From Alphaproteobacteria bacterium (GTDB lineage Bacteria > Pseudomonadota > Alphaproteobacteria > MPNO01 > UBA830): a DNA stretch of 64,000 nucleotides. Of this stretch, positions 1 through 9,818 are shown piece after piece; the first letter of the stretch is position 1; each line of letters opens with the position of its first letter. A program made the position numbers and the translations under genes. The notes under the pieces are model-generated. The model was given only the letters and a program-made list of their open reading frames with translations. It did not search any database and was not told the origin of the DNA. The stretch lies in NCBI GenBank assembly GCA_965221485.1, contig OZ244893.1, positions 1,929,129 through 1,993,128 of the forward strand, written 5' to 3'.

Positions 1-1
1 G

Positions 2-2113
2 TCCCCGATTCCTCACAGCCCCCTGCCGTCGACACCCCACGACATGAAACTCATGGCTCCGGAAGGCCGGGACACGTTCTTCGGCGACCATATGCTCCTG
101 CCAACCGACCGGACACGCCATGTCGGTGAAGCCCTTGCCGTCGTTGTGGCGGAAACCCAGGCCCAGGCCGATGACGCCGCCGAAGCCGTCACGATCCGGT
201 TTCAATCCCGGCCAGCTGTCACATCCTCCCTGGACGCCATGGCGCCCGGAGCACCATCACTCTGGAGCGAGGTTCCGGACAACATCCTCATCGATACCGA
301 ATTTGGCGACCGCGATGCAACCGATGCCGCCTTTGCCATTTCGCGTCACGTCGTTGACATGACCTTTCATGTCGACCGCGTGACCGGCGTTCCCCTGGAA
401 CCCCGGTCTGCCCTGGGCTGTTTCGATTCCGTCACAGGCCGTTATACGATCTATGCGGGATCCGGCGGATCGGTCCGGCAGAAACGGGAGATCGCTGCCG
501 TTCTCGGTGTGGATGCCGCCAATGTCCGGGTGATCTCCAGGGATGTCGGCGGCAATTTCGGAACCCGCAATCGCCTCTATGTCGAATTTCCCCTGGTGGG
601 ATGGGCGTCTCGCAAGCTGGGCCGCCCTGTAAAGTTTACATGCCGGCGCAGTGAGGCCTTTGTCAGCGACTATCAGGGCCGGGACCTCGTGACCCGTGTC
701 TCGCTCGCCCTTGATGACAACGGACGGTTCCTCGCCTTGCGCGCCGACAACATCAGTAACGTGGGCGCACGTGCGGTGTCCCTGTCCCCCCTGAGCAAGG
801 GATCCGGACTGATCACCGGACCCTATGATATCCCGGCCGCGCATCTCCGGTCCCGGGCCGTCTTCACCAACACGCCACCAACAAATGCCTACCGTTCGTC
901 AGGGCGTCCCGAAGTCACCTTTTCTATCGAAAGACTGGTGGAAACAGCCGCCGATCAACTGAAGATCGATCCCGTCGAATTGCGCCGGCGCAATCTTGTC
1001 ACCCCCGCACAGATGCCCTACCCCAATGCCGTCGGAATGACCTATGACAGCGGTGATTATCCGCGCAGTCTCGCAATGGTCATGAAGCTTGGCGACTGGC
1101 CGGATTTCCCGGAACGACGTCGTCAGGCGGAACGTCGCGGAAGACTCCTTGGTCGCGGCATCGCGGCCTATGTCGAATCCTCCATCGGCACACCCCGCGA
1201 GCAAGCGGAAATCCGGATCCGGCCCGACGGACGTATCGATCTGGTGATCGGAACCCAGCCTAGCGGACAAGGTCATGAAACGAGCTTCGCACAGGTCTGC
1301 GCCGAATGGCTTGAGGTACTGCCGGAGCGGCTGAACGTGATCGTCGGAGACACGGATGTCGTCAAAGTCGGCGGAGGGTCCCATTCCGGACGATCCATGC
1401 GCATGGCCGGTACCGTGATCATCAAGGCATCGGATGCCCTGATTGCCAGGGGCACACGCCTGGCCGCACGGGTTCTGGAGGCAGCACCCGCTGACATCGA
1501 GTACAGGGAGGGGCATTTCCGGATTGCCGGGACCGACCGAAGCCTGTCGCTCGAACAACTCGCGGAAGCGGCATGCGCCCGCACCGACCTGCCGGAGGAT
1601 CTCTCCGGCGGGCTGCAGGTTTGCATCGACAATACCATGGTCACTCCCGTCTTCCCCAATGGCTGCCATGTGTGCGAAATCGAGATCGACCCGGAAACCG
1701 GCGCTTTCGAGGTCAAGCGCTACGCTGCAGTCGATGACGTCGGGCGGGCAGTCAACCCCCTCATCGTGGACGGTCAGACCCATGGAGGAATTGTGCAGGG
1801 AGCCGGCGAAGCGCTTGGTGAACTCTGTGTCCTTGACCATTCGGGGCAGCCCCTCACTGGCTCGTTCATGGACTACCACTTGCCCAGGGCGGACGAATAT
1901 CCGTTTTTCATGACGGAGCTCAACGAAGTTCCGTCACCCACCAATCCTCTCGGTGTCAAGGCCGGTGGAGAAGGAGGAACCACACCGGCCCTGGCGGTCC
2001 TTGTGAATGCTGTCGTCGATGCCCTTCGCCCCTACCGCGTAACCGATATCACGATGCCGGTGACCAGCCGCAAGATCTGGGAGCTGATCCACAGGAACGG
2101 CCGTAGCCACTGA
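2..2113 (+). CDS. Xanthine dehydrogenase/CoxL-family molybdopterin-binding large subunit (5'-truncated by window edge)
   Basis: Frame is open from position 2, upstream of the track's ATG 44. MoCo-family motifs GGNFG, GQGHET, DDVGRAVNP, HGGIVQG and KAGGEGG. Active-site loop is AYRSSGR (887-907), not the form I CODH AYRCSFR. Confidence 0.9.
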   Translation, partial: SPIPHSPLPSTPHDMKLMAPEGRDTFFGDHMLLPTDRTRHVGEALAVVVAETQAQADDAAEAVTIRFQSRPAVTSSLDAMAPGAPSLWSEVPDNILIDTEFGDRDATDAAFAISRHVVDMTFHVDRVTGVPLEPRSALGCFDSVTGRYTIYAGSGGSVRQKREIAAVLGVDAANVRVISRDVGGNFGTRNRLYVEFPLVGWASRKLGRPVKFTCRRSEAFVSDYQGRDLVTRVSLALDDNGRFLALRADNISNVGARAVSLSPLSKGSGLITGPYDIPAAHLRSRAVFTNTPPTNAYRSSGRPEVTFSIERLVETAADQLKIDPVELRRRNLVTPAQMPYPNAVGMTYDSGDYPRSLAMVMKLGDWPDFPERRRQAERRGRLLGRGIAAYVESSIGTPREQAEIRIRPDGRIDLVIGTQPSGQGHETSFAQVCAEWLEVLPERLNVIVGDTDVVKVGGGSHSGRSMRMAGTVIIKASDALIARGTRLAARVLEAAPADIEYREGHFRIAGTDRSLSLEQLAEAACARTDLPEDLSGGLQVCIDNTMVTPVFPNGCHVCEIEIDPETGAFEVKRYAAVDDVGRAVNPLIVDGQTHGGIVQGAGEALGELCVLDHSGQPLTGSFMDYHLPRADEYPFFMTELNEVPSPTNPLGVKAGGEGGTTPALAVLVNAVVDALRPYRVTDITMPVTSRKIWELIHRNGRSH

Positions 2114-2118
2114 GATAT

Positions 2119-2174
2119 GGGTGTTCCGGTAAACCCGATGTCCTGAAGTCGATCCGGCAGACCGGTCAACACCC
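2119..2174. terminator. Inverted repeat after first large-subunit gene (possible terminator/processing stem)
   Basis: GGGTGTTCCGGT (2119-2130) pairs imperfectly with ACCGGTCAACACCC (2161-2174). No clear U-tract. Confidence 0.3.
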
Positions 2175-2270
2175 TGTCACATTCCCTCAGCACCCCCTCG
2201 CCGGCATTGCGGCTGTCCGGAGCATGCCGCGCCCGACAAGACCGTCCAGCGGACTACCATCACCCTGCAA

Positions 2271-2283
2271 ACAATAGTATTGT
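2271..2283. promoter_or_regulatory. Perfect dyad ACAATA-G-TATTGT, candidate operator upstream of the M-S-L operon
   Basis: AT-rich perfect inverted repeat about 40 bp before ATG 2322 in a GC-rich background. Confidence 0.4.
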
Positions 2284-2321
2284 GGCTCCGCTTCCCCATC
2301 GATCCACAGCGGAAAACGGGC

Positions 2322-3197
2322 ATGAAAGCAGCCGCGTTCGAGTATGTACGCGCAAAATCAACAGAAGATGTCTGTCGCATGCTGGCGATCAATGACGAAC
2401 GGGAACGCAAGATCATAGCGGGCGGACAGACTTTGGTTCCGCTTATGGCGATGCGCCTTGCCCGCCCAGACGTACTCATTGACATCAACGATCTTGAGGA
2501 TCTTTCGGGTATCGGCATGAATGACCATCACCTGACGATCGGTGCGATGACCCGTCAACGTGAAATCGAACGGTCGGACCTCGTGGCGCAGCATCTGCCG
2601 CTCCTTGCAAAGGCCATTCGCCATGTGGGTCACCGGCAAACCCGCAACAGGGGCACCATCGGGGGCAGCATTGCCCATGGCGATCCCTCGGCCGAAATTC
2701 CCCTGGCAGCTCTGGCTCTTGATGCCGCGGTCGTCCTCCGCGACCTGGAAGGCGAGCAGACGATGCCGATCGCCGCGTTTCACGAGTCGGCTATGGTAAC
2801 GGCACTCCGCCCCGACCAGATTCTGACCTCGGTACGGTTTCCGGTTCGCGATGCAGCCCGAACCGGCAGCGGATTTCAGGAAATCGCCAGTCGTGCCGGA
2901 GACTTTGCCATTGTTGCCGCAGCAGCATGCCTGAAGCTTGACGGCGATGGCGTCGTATGTGACGCACGTCTTGCGGCCGGCGGGGTTGCGCCTGTTCCGG
3001 TACGGCTGCACGAAGCTGAATCCCGGCTGCGAAAGACCGCGGCCGATGCTGATGCCACGGACCGTGCCCTTGACGGTCTGGATGACCTTGTCGAGCCGGA
3101 ATCCGATGTCCACGCTACCGCCGACTATCGGCGCCGGGTGATCAGGCGTCTGCTCGAACGCACAATTGCCGAAGCCCTCGAAAACGCGACTGCATGA
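2322..3197 (+). CDS. Mo-hydroxylase FAD-binding medium subunit (CoxM/XdhB-like)
   Basis: MKAAAFEY start (ATG 2322 preferred over 2280). Motifs IIAGGQTL, RNRGTIGGS and AGDFA. Confidence 0.92.
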   Translation: MKAAAFEYVRAKSTEDVCRMLAINDERERKIIAGGQTLVPLMAMRLARPDVLIDINDLEDLSGIGMNDHHLTIGAMTRQREIERSDLVAQHLPLLAKAIRHVGHRQTRNRGTIGGSIAHGDPSAEIPLAALALDAAVVLRDLEGEQTMPIAAFHESAMVTALRPDQILTSVRFPVRDAARTGSGFQEIASRAGDFAIVAAAACLKLDGDGVVCDARLAAGGVAPVPVRLHEAESRLRKTAADADATDRALDGLDDLVEPESDVHATADYRRRVIRRLLERTIAEALENATA

Positions 3198-3676
3198 GCA
3201 CTCCGGTAGACATTTCCCTGACCGTCAACGGCCGATCGCACCGCGCGACCGTCCCACCGCGCATGACACTCGTTGACTGCCTTCGTGATGTGTTGCACCT
3301 GACGGGGACCCATGTCGGTTGCGAACATGGAATTTGCGGCGCCTGTTCCGTACTGCTTGACGGCGAAGCCATTCGATCCTGCCTTGTTTTCGCTGTGCAG
3401 GCCGAGGGGCACGAAATCACGACTGTCGAGGGGCTGTCCCGGGACACGAACTCACTGGGGATCCTTCAGGATTCGTTCTGGGAGTGCCATGCCCTGCAAT
3501 GCGGCTACTGCACACCGGGCATGCTCATCGCCTGTCAGGAACTTCTCGCAGAAAACCCCGAGCCCGATGAACTGGAGATTCGGGAGAGCATCAGCGGCAA
3601 TTTGTGCCGCTGTACCGGGTATCAGCAGATCGTGGAAGCTGTGCAACTTGCCGCACAAAGGCTGAAGGATGAGTGA
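3194..3676 (+). CDS. Mo-hydroxylase [2Fe-2S] small subunit (CoxS-like)
   Basis: GCEHGICGAC and QCGYCTPG...CRCTGY cysteine motifs. ATGA overlap with the upstream gene. Confidence 0.95.
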   Translation: MSTPVDISLTVNGRSHRATVPPRMTLVDCLRDVLHLTGTHVGCEHGICGACSVLLDGEAIRSCLVFAVQAEGHEITTVEGLSRDTNSLGILQDSFWECHALQCGYCTPGMLIACQELLAENPEPDELEIRESISGNLCRCTGYQQIVEAVQLAAQRLKDE

Positions 3677-6092
3677 GATCGCCGCCAGACTTCCCAACTA
3701 TCGCTACGTGTCGCGCAAGCGGCGGGTCCGTGAAGATCGCCGCTTCGTAGCCGGCCAGGGCAAATTTGTTGCCGATGTGCATCTTCCCGGAATGAAACAT
3801 GTCGCCATCGTGCCAAGCCCGCACCCGCGGGCCCGCATTCTCGATATCGACACCCGGCAGGCCCGCATGATCAGCGGCGTTCATTACGTATTGACTGGAG
3901 AAGAACTCGCGGCCGCTACAAACTCGCTCTATCACGGCCTCGACATCCCCAATGTCGTCTGGTACCCGCTCGCAGTCGGCATGACACGTTACGCCGGAGA
4001 GTGGGTTGCGGCCGTGGTCGCTGACTCACGTCACGTGGCAGAGGATGCGGCGGAACTGGTCAGGGTCTCCTACGAAGCCCTTCCGGCAGCCGTGGATTCC
4101 GAACGGATGATTGAGCCGGATCAGCCGCTGGTGCATCCTGAACACGGCAGCAACATCCTGTTTCGCAAGACTTTCTCCTGGGGGCCGGTGGACGAGGATT
4201 TCGATTCCGCGCCCCATGCGATCTCCTATCGTGCCAGATGGGGACGTTCTTCAACGGTTCCGATCGAGACTTTCGGGGTCGTCGCTTCCTGGAGCGAGGC
4301 AACCGGAATTCTTGACGTATGGGCCTCGATCCAGATGCCGCAGTACCAGGATCAGATCGCCAACGCGCTCAAGATCCCCTTCAATGACATCCGGGTCCAT
4401 AACGATGTCGATGTTGGCGGTTCCTACGGCGTCAAGCGCGGGATCAAGCACACCGTCCTGGTCGGCTATCTCTCGCGCCATCTCGGGGTTCCTGTCCGCT
4501 TCATCGAGGACCGCCTCGACAACATGTCAGGCGGTGATGCCCACGGCCCCGATCGCATTTTCGACATGACGATGGCGTTCGACGATGACGGGGTAGTCCG
4601 ATCGATGAAAGTGAGAGCCCTCGATGATGTGGGAGCCTATCCGGGCCGCGCACCGCTGCAGCTCGGAAAGCCGATCACAGCGCTCTGCGGACCCTATCGC
4701 ATCAACTCGATCGAGTATGAGGCCATTTCGGTTACTTCGAACAAGACCGGACAGGTCCCGGTTCGGGGGTTCGGCCAGTCACCCACCAACTTCGCGATAG
4801 AGACCGGCATTGAACGGATCGCCCGGCATCTCGATATCGACCGTATCGAGATCCGGCGCCGCAATCTGGTGCGCAGCGACGACTTCCCGTGGACGATTCC
4901 AACCGGATCGGTCTACGACTCGGGCGACTACGAGGCCGTTCTCGATCAGGCACTGCGCTCGGCAAGAGGGAAGGACCTTGTGGCGCGGCGCGATGCGATT
5001 CGCAATCAGGGTGGTCTGGCAGGCCTCGGTATTGCCACCTGCCTGGAACCGGGCGGCGGCAACAATATCTTCGAATATCTCTTCAACCCCAAGCTCAGGA
5101 TCACGACCTTCGTTGAATCGATCCTCCTCAAGGTGGAACCGACCGGCGAAGTCACGGCAATGATCTGCACGACCACCTCCGGCCAGAGCCATGAAACACT
5201 CGTTGCCACCATTGCCGGCGAGGAACTGGAACGGGATCCGGATACGATCCGGGTCATACATGGCGATTCGCTGCAGGCCCTTCCGACACGGAGCCCAACG
5301 GCCAGCAGAATGGCCATCGTGCTTGGTACTGCAACGTCAAAGGCGGCACGTGAAATCCTTGACCGAATGACAGGGATTGCCGCCCACGATCTGGGTGTGG
5401 CGCTTACGGATATTGAATATTCGGACGGCGAATTCGCCGTCCGCGGTGTGCCCAAGAGATCATTGTCATGGGAAGAGGTAACCCATATCGCCCACAAGCA
5501 GTTTCACCGGATGCCGCCGGGACTTGAACCCGGTTTGCAGGCAGTGGCCGTCCAGCAGGTGCCCGGCGGGGGCCAGCTTCCCAACGAAAAAGAGCAGGTC
5601 GCCCTCTATCCCTGCTTCTCCTTTCAGGCTCACCTGCCGCTGGTCGAAATTGATCGCGCCACCGGCAAGGTCACCCTGCTCGACTACGTCATCGCCCATG
5701 ACTGCGGTACTGCAATCAATCCGGATATCGTGCGAGGCATGATCATCGGCGGCATCGGGCACGGCATTGGTGCTGCCCTTTACGAAAAATTCTCCTATGA
5801 CAATGACGGCCAGTTCCTCTCCGGTACCTTTGTCGATTACCTGCTGCCGTCGGCCCATGAAATTCCGGACGTGACGGATGTTGCCTTTTGCACCCCGTCA
5901 CCACTGACCTCGCTCGGACAGAAGGGGACCGGAGAAGGCGGCTATCTCGGTGCACCGGCTGCTGTTGCCTCAGCGGTGAACGATGCCCTGGCCCCCCTGG
6001 GCGCCTGGCTCGGAGAACTGCCGATGCGCGCCTCGGACATTGAACAGGCCATTCATGAGAGCAACGGCCACAGTCAGGACAAAAGCCCATGA
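3669..6092 (+). CDS. Mo-hydroxylase large subunit (xanthine dehydrogenase family; N-heteroaromatic hydroxylase-like)
   Basis: 807 aa. Motifs GGSYGVK, active-site loop VPVRGFG (4755-4775), GQSHET, DCGTAINP and KGTGEGG. Overlaps the small-subunit stop. Confidence 0.92.
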   Translation: MSEIAARLPNYRYVSRKRRVREDRRFVAGQGKFVADVHLPGMKHVAIVPSPHPRARILDIDTRQARMISGVHYVLTGEELAAATNSLYHGLDIPNVVWYPLAVGMTRYAGEWVAAVVADSRHVAEDAAELVRVSYEALPAAVDSERMIEPDQPLVHPEHGSNILFRKTFSWGPVDEDFDSAPHAISYRARWGRSSTVPIETFGVVASWSEATGILDVWASIQMPQYQDQIANALKIPFNDIRVHNDVDVGGSYGVKRGIKHTVLVGYLSRHLGVPVRFIEDRLDNMSGGDAHGPDRIFDMTMAFDDDGVVRSMKVRALDDVGAYPGRAPLQLGKPITALCGPYRINSIEYEAISVTSNKTGQVPVRGFGQSPTNFAIETGIERIARHLDIDRIEIRRRNLVRSDDFPWTIPTGSVYDSGDYEAVLDQALRSARGKDLVARRDAIRNQGGLAGLGIATCLEPGGGNNIFEYLFNPKLRITTFVESILLKVEPTGEVTAMICTTTSGQSHETLVATIAGEELERDPDTIRVIHGDSLQALPTRSPTASRMAIVLGTATSKAAREILDRMTGIAAHDLGVALTDIEYSDGEFAVRGVPKRSLSWEEVTHIAHKQFHRMPPGLEPGLQAVAVQQVPGGGQLPNEKEQVALYPCFSFQAHLPLVEIDRATGKVTLLDYVIAHDCGTAINPDIVRGMIIGGIGHGIGAALYEKFSYDNDGQFLSGTFVDYLLPSAHEIPDVTDVAFCTPSPLTSLGQKGTGEGGYLGAPAAVASAVNDALAPLGAWLGELPMRASDIEQAIHESNGHSQDKSP

Positions 6093-7090
6093 TCATCGAT
6101 ACCCACGCGCATTTTGTACCGCAAACAATGCTGAACGCAGTGGTGTCCGGAAAGGCAACCTTCCCAAGCATCGAGGTTCTGAAAGACGACAATGGCTACC
6201 GCCTGGCCTTCATGGGCAAGGCACCGACCCGGCCGATCATGCCCAAACTCCGTGAACTCGAAACCCGCGAACAATGGCTCAATGAAAACGGGATTGATGT
6301 TCAGGTGTCGGGAGGATGGCTCGACAGCTTCGCCTATGAAACACCACCCGAAGAAGGAGCGGCCTGGAGCCGTTTCATGAATGAACATCTCATGGAGGCC
6401 ATGGGCAGCAAAGCGTTCATGGAACCCCTTGCCACGGTCCCCCTGCAGGACGGCAGGTTGGCTGCAGAAGTCCTCCGCGAGGCCATGGACGCGGGCTTCT
6501 CGGGTGCAATGATCGGGACCCAGCCCAAAGGTGGACATGGAAATCTGGACGACCCCGATCTGGAACCGTTCTGGGAGATGGCATCAGAACGCGGCGCCGC
6601 GCTCTACATGCACCCGATGTTTGGCTGTGGCGACGACCGGCTGCTTGACTATGACATGATCAATGCCGTCGGACGCGGCGTCGATACGACCACAGCGGTG
6701 GCGCGCATGATTTACGCTGGACACTTTACGCGCTACCGGGGGATGAAGATGATCATCTCCCATGGCGGCGGCGCACTGCCCTATATTCTTGGCCGCATGA
6801 CCCGAAATTACGATATGCACCGGGAAGACGGTTACGCCGATCCTGTCGCTGAAATGCACCGGCTCTGGTTCGATACCGTACTGTTCGATGCCCGGACCCT
6901 TCGATATCTGTGCGATTCCTTCGGCGCCAGCCGCGTGGTTCTCGGCTCCGATTATCCATTTCCGATCGGAGACCTGACCCCATGCCGCATCGTGCATGAA
7001 GCTGGTCTCTCGGAAATCGATACCCGCGCCATCCTCGGCGATAACGCAGCCCGCCTCTTTGCTCTGGGTGAAAGGTGCGGGGGTTCCTGA
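6089..7090 (+). CDS. Amidohydrolase-2 family protein (ACMSD-like non-oxidative decarboxylase/hydrolase)
   Basis: IIDTHAH metal motif, LYMHP, SHGGG and GSDYPF. ATGA overlap with the large subunit. Confidence 0.88.
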   Translation: MIIDTHAHFVPQTMLNAVVSGKATFPSIEVLKDDNGYRLAFMGKAPTRPIMPKLRELETREQWLNENGIDVQVSGGWLDSFAYETPPEEGAAWSRFMNEHLMEAMGSKAFMEPLATVPLQDGRLAAEVLREAMDAGFSGAMIGTQPKGGHGNLDDPDLEPFWEMASERGAALYMHPMFGCGDDRLLDYDMINAVGRGVDTTTAVARMIYAGHFTRYRGMKMIISHGGGALPYILGRMTRNYDMHREDGYADPVAEMHRLWFDTVLFDARTLRYLCDSFGASRVVLGSDYPFPIGDLTPCRIVHEAGLSEIDTRAILGDNAARLFALGERCGGS

Positions 7091-7095
7091 AAACG

Positions 7096-8043
7096 TCAGA
7101 TGTTGCGGCGGCGATACTGCGACGCATAGTGGGTGATAGCGCTATGCAGCGAAAATCGGGGTTCCCAACCCAGTTCCTCACGGGCCCGGCTTATGTCGAG
7201 GGGGGTCAACCTTGATACCGGCGGTGTGCCTGGCTGGATCTCGACCCGGAGTCCCGGCAGCGCTATTCTTGCGGCTTCGACAAGACGATCAAATGTGATC
7301 GGTTCGCCCCATGAGATGTTGTAGACGGCATACGGCGGCAGCGACGCGGCCGTCGCCGCAAGATCAATGGCCCATCCCATGTCATCTGCATACACATACT
7401 CGAAGGCCATGGTCTGCTCTTCCGGGATGACGGCCGGTGTCCCGCGCAGACCGGCCTCAATAAGAGTCTGTACCTTCTCACCGCCTCCCGAGCCACCCCA
7501 GAAATGCCCCATTCCGAAGACATTGCCGGGACGCAGGATCACGAGTTCGAAACCGCATTCCTTCTGGTATGCCTCGAGAATGAGTTCCTGGGCTGCCTTC
7601 GAGTTGGAATAGGCAGCACCGCTTCCGCGCGCAAACGTCTCATCAATTCGATCAGCCCCGTCACTGCGGCGCCAGTCATAGACACCGAAGGTGGAGAGAT
7701 GGATCAGGCGCGGGATACCGGAGAGCCGGACCGCTTCAGCCACTGCCAAGACTCCTCCGACATTGAGGTCGTAACCGAAATGCAGGGGCTGGGACACGCG
7801 TTTGCCAATCAGGCCTGCGGTATGTAACAGAACGTCAGGTTTGTATCGATCAATCGCCCCCAGCAATCCAGGCAGGCTGCGGACGTCATCGGAAACAACT
7901 TCGTAGTCGACATATTGAAGCCGCATCGCCAGATAGTCGTCACGGGGAATGGGATCCAGAAAGATCACCTTTTCGCCGCGCGCCCCGGCCTCGATAGCGT
8001 ATGAGGTTCCGACAAGCCCTGCGCCTGTAATCAGCGTGGTCAT
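7096..8043 (-). CDS. NAD-dependent epimerase/dehydratase (extended SDR)
   Basis: LITGAGLVG Rossmann motif and YSNSK catalytic motif. Start ATG 8043 overlaps the stop of the upstream cupin. Confidence 0.88.
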   Translation of the reverse strand: MTTLITGAGLVGTSYAIEAGARGEKVIFLDPIPRDDYLAMRLQYVDYEVVSDDVRSLPGLLGAIDRYKPDVLLHTAGLIGKRVSQPLHFGYDLNVGGVLAVAEAVRLSGIPRLIHLSTFGVYDWRRSDGADRIDETFARGSGAAYSNSKAAQELILEAYQKECGFELVILRPGNVFGMGHFWGGSGGGEKVQTLIEAGLRGTPAVIPEEQTMAFEYVYADDMGWAIDLAATAASLPPYAVYNISWGEPITFDRLVEAARIALPGLRVEIQPGTPPVSRLTPLDISRAREELGWEPRFSLHSAITHYASQYRRRNI

Positions 8044-8576
8044 GGTTTCTGCTCCCCGCATCCATAAAACTGATTGTCAAGAAACGCGACGGTTGTGGCC
8101 TTATTGGCTCTGGAATCGCCTCGCATAGGTTGACCGTCTGCGTCAATTCGATTGGGATCCGGCTGCTTTCCATAGTTGGGAGAGCCGATCCGAAGCATGA
8201 CCAGTGGAGTGCCCTCGATGGCTTCAAAGCGGTAGAGATTGCCGGCCGGGAGCATGATTCCCTGATCCTGTGCAAGCACGGTTTCCTCGCCTTCAGGACC
8301 ATGAAACCGCACCTGACCCTGAAGGACGATGAAGGCGTGATCCTCACCGGGATGGGCATGGAGCGCGTTCTCGCCACCTTCTGCATAGATCTTCAACCGA
8401 ATGGACAGGTCCGGGGTCGCGGCAAGGGGTGTGTCGGTTCGGCCCCGTGCAAGCAATTGGCCCGCAATATTGAATACCTGGGGTCGGGTATTGTCCGCAA
8501 GGTCAAGCATCCGTTGTCTGAGTTCATCCGAACCGCTGGCCACCGGCAGCGGGATGTCGTTCAAGGCCGTCGTCAT
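8040..8576 (-). CDS. Cupin domain protein
   Basis: GGENALHAHPGEDHAFIVLQG and a second cupin box MLPAGNLYRF. Confidence 0.85.
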   Translation of the reverse strand: MTTALNDIPLPVASGSDELRQRMLDLADNTRPQVFNIAGQLLARGRTDTPLAATPDLSIRLKIYAEGGENALHAHPGEDHAFIVLQGQVRFHGPEGEETVLAQDQGIMLPAGNLYRFEAIEGTPLVMLRIGSPNYGKQPDPNRIDADGQPMRGDSRANKATTVAFLDNQFYGCGEQKP

Positions 8577-8618
8577 CGATATGGCTCCTGATTTGCCGTC
8601 CGGAACACTTCACGACAC

Positions 8619-8647
8619 AGAATAGAGACCAGCCTGGCACAAGACAA
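8619..8647 (-). promoter_or_regulatory. Putative sigma70 promoter for cupin-epimerase operon
   Basis: Minus strand TTGTCT (8647-8642), 17 nt, TATTCT (8624-8619), about 40 nt before the start codon. Confidence 0.4.
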
Positions 8648-9164
8648 TTTGGCGTCCCATCGAAAGGATCAGTTGGTTCGTTGACGCGGGAATACCAGAC
8701 ACTGACAGCAACGGATCCGCGGACGGTTTCCGCTGCGTGTCGGATCCTGCCGCTGCCGAACGACGCCATATTCAGGACTTGCCGGCAATGGCCGGTTTTG
8801 TTTGCAGGATCGATGGTTCACATTTGCTGTGGTGGATTGCATCGATCGAATGGCCCCTCCTTCGGAGGGAGCGTTTCAGAATCTGTGGGGGCGCCTGGTC
8901 AGGGCCAGACAACCGTCCGAACCGTATGGATTGCTCCCCGGGCAGCTCCTGGATTCGCCTGTGGGGGCCCGGACACATCCGATGCCCGTTCGGGGTCCAG
9001 TGTGCAGACCACCCGCAAACCGGATCCCCAGTTCATTGTCTTGTTCCGGCGGGCAGCACGTCTGCCTTTGCCCATCCCGCGTGAGATACGAACCGGCTTA
9101 TGGACCCGGCCTCCCGTTCCAGCCTATGATGCCGTCATCAGCCGCCCGGATCAGGGATTTCACG

Positions 9165-9734
9165 ATGCTGCCGACCGTAGAGAAATTTGTGAGCGAGATG
9201 CGGGACACCTGCGAGAAACTCGAAGGTGAGCCACGCTGGGTCCGATGCGGAGAATTGCTTCGGGAACTGTTGCAGGACCGGGCTCTCCAGGATCACGCAG
9301 AGCACTGGCCGGTTGGTCAGTTCGATGGCGGCAAGGTCAACAATTTGCTGTTCTACGAAGATGCTGATCACGGCTTTGTCATTAACGGACTGATCAAGAA
9401 TCCGGGTGGACGGGCGATGGTGCATGATCATGGCAAGAGCTGGACCGTCTATGGAGTGCTCAGCGGGCACGAGCGGATTGCCCGATACAGGGAGACGCGG
9501 GACGATAGCGGTGCTGTAGGCCATGACGAAATCCGTTCCGTCCAGTGTGGGCCGGGCGAGGTCGATATTGTCAGGCCATGGGAAATTCATGCCGAGTACG
9601 CCGGCAATGAACGCACGGTCGCGGTCATCGTGCGGAGCCAGCGTTCGGGAACATTCGAGCAATTCCGTTACCACGATGACGGTGGCAAGGTCCGGTTTCC
9701 TGGACCGAACCAGGTGCCCTACGATCTCGATTGA
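9165..9734 (+). CDS. Cysteine dioxygenase/thiol dioxygenase-like cupin
   Basis: HDHGKSWTVYGVLSGHE and WEIHAE (3-His-type motif). True start is probably ATG 9165; the track extension from 8802 looks non-coding. Confidence 0.75.
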   Translation: MLPTVEKFVSEMRDTCEKLEGEPRWVRCGELLRELLQDRALQDHAEHWPVGQFDGGKVNNLLFYEDADHGFVINGLIKNPGGRAMVHDHGKSWTVYGVLSGHERIARYRETRDDSGAVGHDEIRSVQCGPGEVDIVRPWEIHAEYAGNERTVAVIVRSQRSGTFEQFRYHDDGGKVRFPGPNQVPYDLD

Positions 9735-9818
9735 ACCGTTTCCCGTCCTGCCGGTGTGTAGTGCGGTTCCCCGACCCCTTTCGCTGGCAACCAGACCAGC
9801 ATTGACGAACCTCTGCCC

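Noticed and set aside
2-6092. Aerobic CO dehydrogenase (coxMSL)
   Set aside because: Neither large subunit has the Cu-binding AYxCSFR loop, and no coxDEFG accessory genes are present.
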